From positions 1 through 64,000 of the forward strand of contig JANJGN010000676.1 in NCBI GenBank assembly GCA_026770705.1: a stretch of DNA of 64,000 nt, written 5' to 3'. A model generated the notes under the pieces. The model saw only the letters and a program-made list of their open reading frames with translations. It did no database searches and was not told the DNA's origin. This DNA comes from Isurus oxyrinchus. Taxonomy: Eukaryota. Shown here in pieces: positions 62,189-64,000 of this stretch (position 1 is the first letter of the stretch; each line of letters begins with the position of its first letter). Position numbers and translations under genes: made by a program.

Positions 62189-62935
62189 CAGGAGGACTTT
62201 AAAAATCTGATTAAAAGTCAAACGGTGTGGAAGCATTGACTCTGTTTCTCCCTCCAGCTACTGAGTTTTTCCAGCATTTTCTGTTTCTGTTTCAGGTTTC
62301 CATCATTCGCAGTGATTTGCTTTTAACTTTTTACTTTTACATCTTTCTGCCCAAAAAAACACCAACTTATCACTGCGGCTCCTGTGAAACGTACAAGACA
62401 GATATTCACCACCGAAAGCAACTGTCACACATCAAATTCAAAGCACTTTATTGTCACATTTCTTCCTGCTTCTGACCCTGTTCCCTCTGCCCGTCCAGCT
62501 CCCAGGTCAATGAGCTGTAATCAGTATCTGGGAGAACCAGGAACATGAGAAGGTGTCTCTTTACCCACGAGTTTTACCCATTCCCACCAATTGGCTGTGT
62601 CTGCATCGAGCAGCTCATTGACCTGGGGGCTGGATGCGTAGAGGGAGCTGGAGGAGAGGCAGGGACAGAAGCAGGAAGAAATGCGACAATAAAGTGCTTT
62701 GAATTTGATGTGTGTCAGTTGCTTTCAGTGGTGAATGTCTGCCTTGTAAGTTTCACAGGAGCCGCAATGAATAGTTGCTGTTTTTTAAGCAGCAAGATTT
62801 AAATGTAAAAAGATAAAAGCAAATTACTGCGAATGATGGAAATCTGAAACAAACACAGAAAATGCTGGAAAAACTCTGCAGCTGGAGGAAGAAACAGACT
62901 GTTTGACCCTTAATCAGATTTTTAAACGATAGCAG

Positions 62936-63008
62936 AGGCCAATGTGGGGCTCGAACCAATGACCTTGAGATTAAGGGTCTCATGCTCTACCGACTGAGCT
63001 AGCCAAGT
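62936..63008 (-). tRNA. trnak-cuu: tRNA-Lys(CTT), diverged (possibly pseudogene)
   Basis: Reverse complement ACTTGGCTAGCTCAGTCGGTAGAGCATGAGACCCTTAATCTCAAGGTCATTGGTTCGAGCCCCACATTGGCCT; acceptor-stem mismatches. Confidence 0.7.
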
Positions 63009-63974
63009 ATATAAAAAGCTGTCCTGTATCCCAACATACATGGATAAACCTGCTGCGTTCCACCTGATACCTCAGCCTGGTCAGAAGTTTAAAGTGTGGA
63101 ACGTAATCGGCCTACAAAAGCCCCAAGGATGCAATGCATTCCCCTCAATCATCAATAACAGCATTCACATCTTCCACTTCTTAGCTGCACCTCCTTCCAA
63201 ATACTGTGATCGAGTTTCCTCAGGATTTTCCCCTGCATTTAATATTCACCTGCTTTGTGTCCTCGTTTTGAAATCAGGTTCACTTCATTACCCAACACAA
63301 ATTGAATTACAAACCCTGACGGACAAACAATGGAAAACAAGTCACTCGGTAACAAAAATCCCATGGTGCTCATTTTCAGATTCACAACAGTCAGCTTTTC
63401 AATAAAATGAAGGATTTTTACAGTGAAAAGAATTAGAAAGTTGGTGTGACTTTTATTTGTGACTCACTCACTCGGATATTCTGTAAAAGCTGCTCGGAGA
63501 TTTAGTGATCGGGATATAATCTACCTGTGTTTTCCTGAGCCTGTGCTTGGTGTATTGGGAGGTTTGGCCCTGGTTGGAGTATCTTGTGTCCCAGGGATGG
63601 GCAGTAACCTGCTGATTGAAGCTGCAGTCGCTGCTTTCTGCTGGCAGCGGGTGATTGGAGAGTGTGGGGCCGGAATATTGCGGCCTTGCTGCTTTTCCCT
63701 GTCTCACTCACTGTGGAGCTGAGGAAGACTGAGTAATTGAGGGGTTCGTTTGATTCCAACAACTTCATGGATTTCTGGTGGGTTACAGAATGGGTCCAAA
63801 TCTTTTCTCATTGTATTTGACAAAAAACGTAATTTTTTTTTAAAGCTGTTTTTCTGGGAGCTCACTGACCTGCCACCGTTTTGGGGATGATATCTTGCAG
63901 CCCAAGTACCCAATGACAAGCCAGAACTGGGTGGCAATGATTGGTGATGAGGGGGAAAAACAGTAAAAACTTTC

Positions 63975-64000
63975 ACCCCCTGGGTGGTTCTGAATCACCT
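63975..64000 (-). pseudogene. 3' end of a further tRNA-Asn-like copy, cut by the window edge
   Basis: ccctgggtggttctgaa at the position predicted by the inverted duplication of 48.8-49.7 kb at 63.1-64.0 kb. Confidence 0.5.

Overview
This is eukaryotic DNA from a cartilaginous fish, almost certainly a shark; the Ig sequences resemble horn shark, Heterodontus. The left half (about 6.7-28 kb, + strand) holds one complete, germline-unrearranged immunoglobulin heavy-chain cluster: leader, V, D1, D2, J, Cmu1-Cmu4 with secretory tail, TM1 and TM2. All reading frames, splice sites and RSSs are intact (spacers 23; 12/22; 12/12; 23). The D, J and C segments are IgM-type, but the V and leader look IgW-like, suggesting a chimeric cluster. 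The right half (about 30-64 kb) is a dense tRNA gene field of about 25 tRNA-like sequences (Ser, Glu, Asn, Val, Leu, Thr, Lys). Most are decayed, and the field was built by direct and inverted segmental duplication of tRNA-plus-flank modules. A composite module (a degenerate 27-bp tandem array ending in a CTCF-like core plus upstream motif) occurs twice 5' of the V and again 3' of the TM exons, next to the first tRNA, so it brackets the Ig cluster; this is a candidate insulator system. The rest is CR1/L2-like LINE fragments, DeuSINE-like SINEs, Penelope-like elements carrying hammerhead-ribozyme motifs, microsatellites and assembly gaps. Most ORFs in the supplied track are spurious. Family assignments come from remembered consensus sequences, not database searches.
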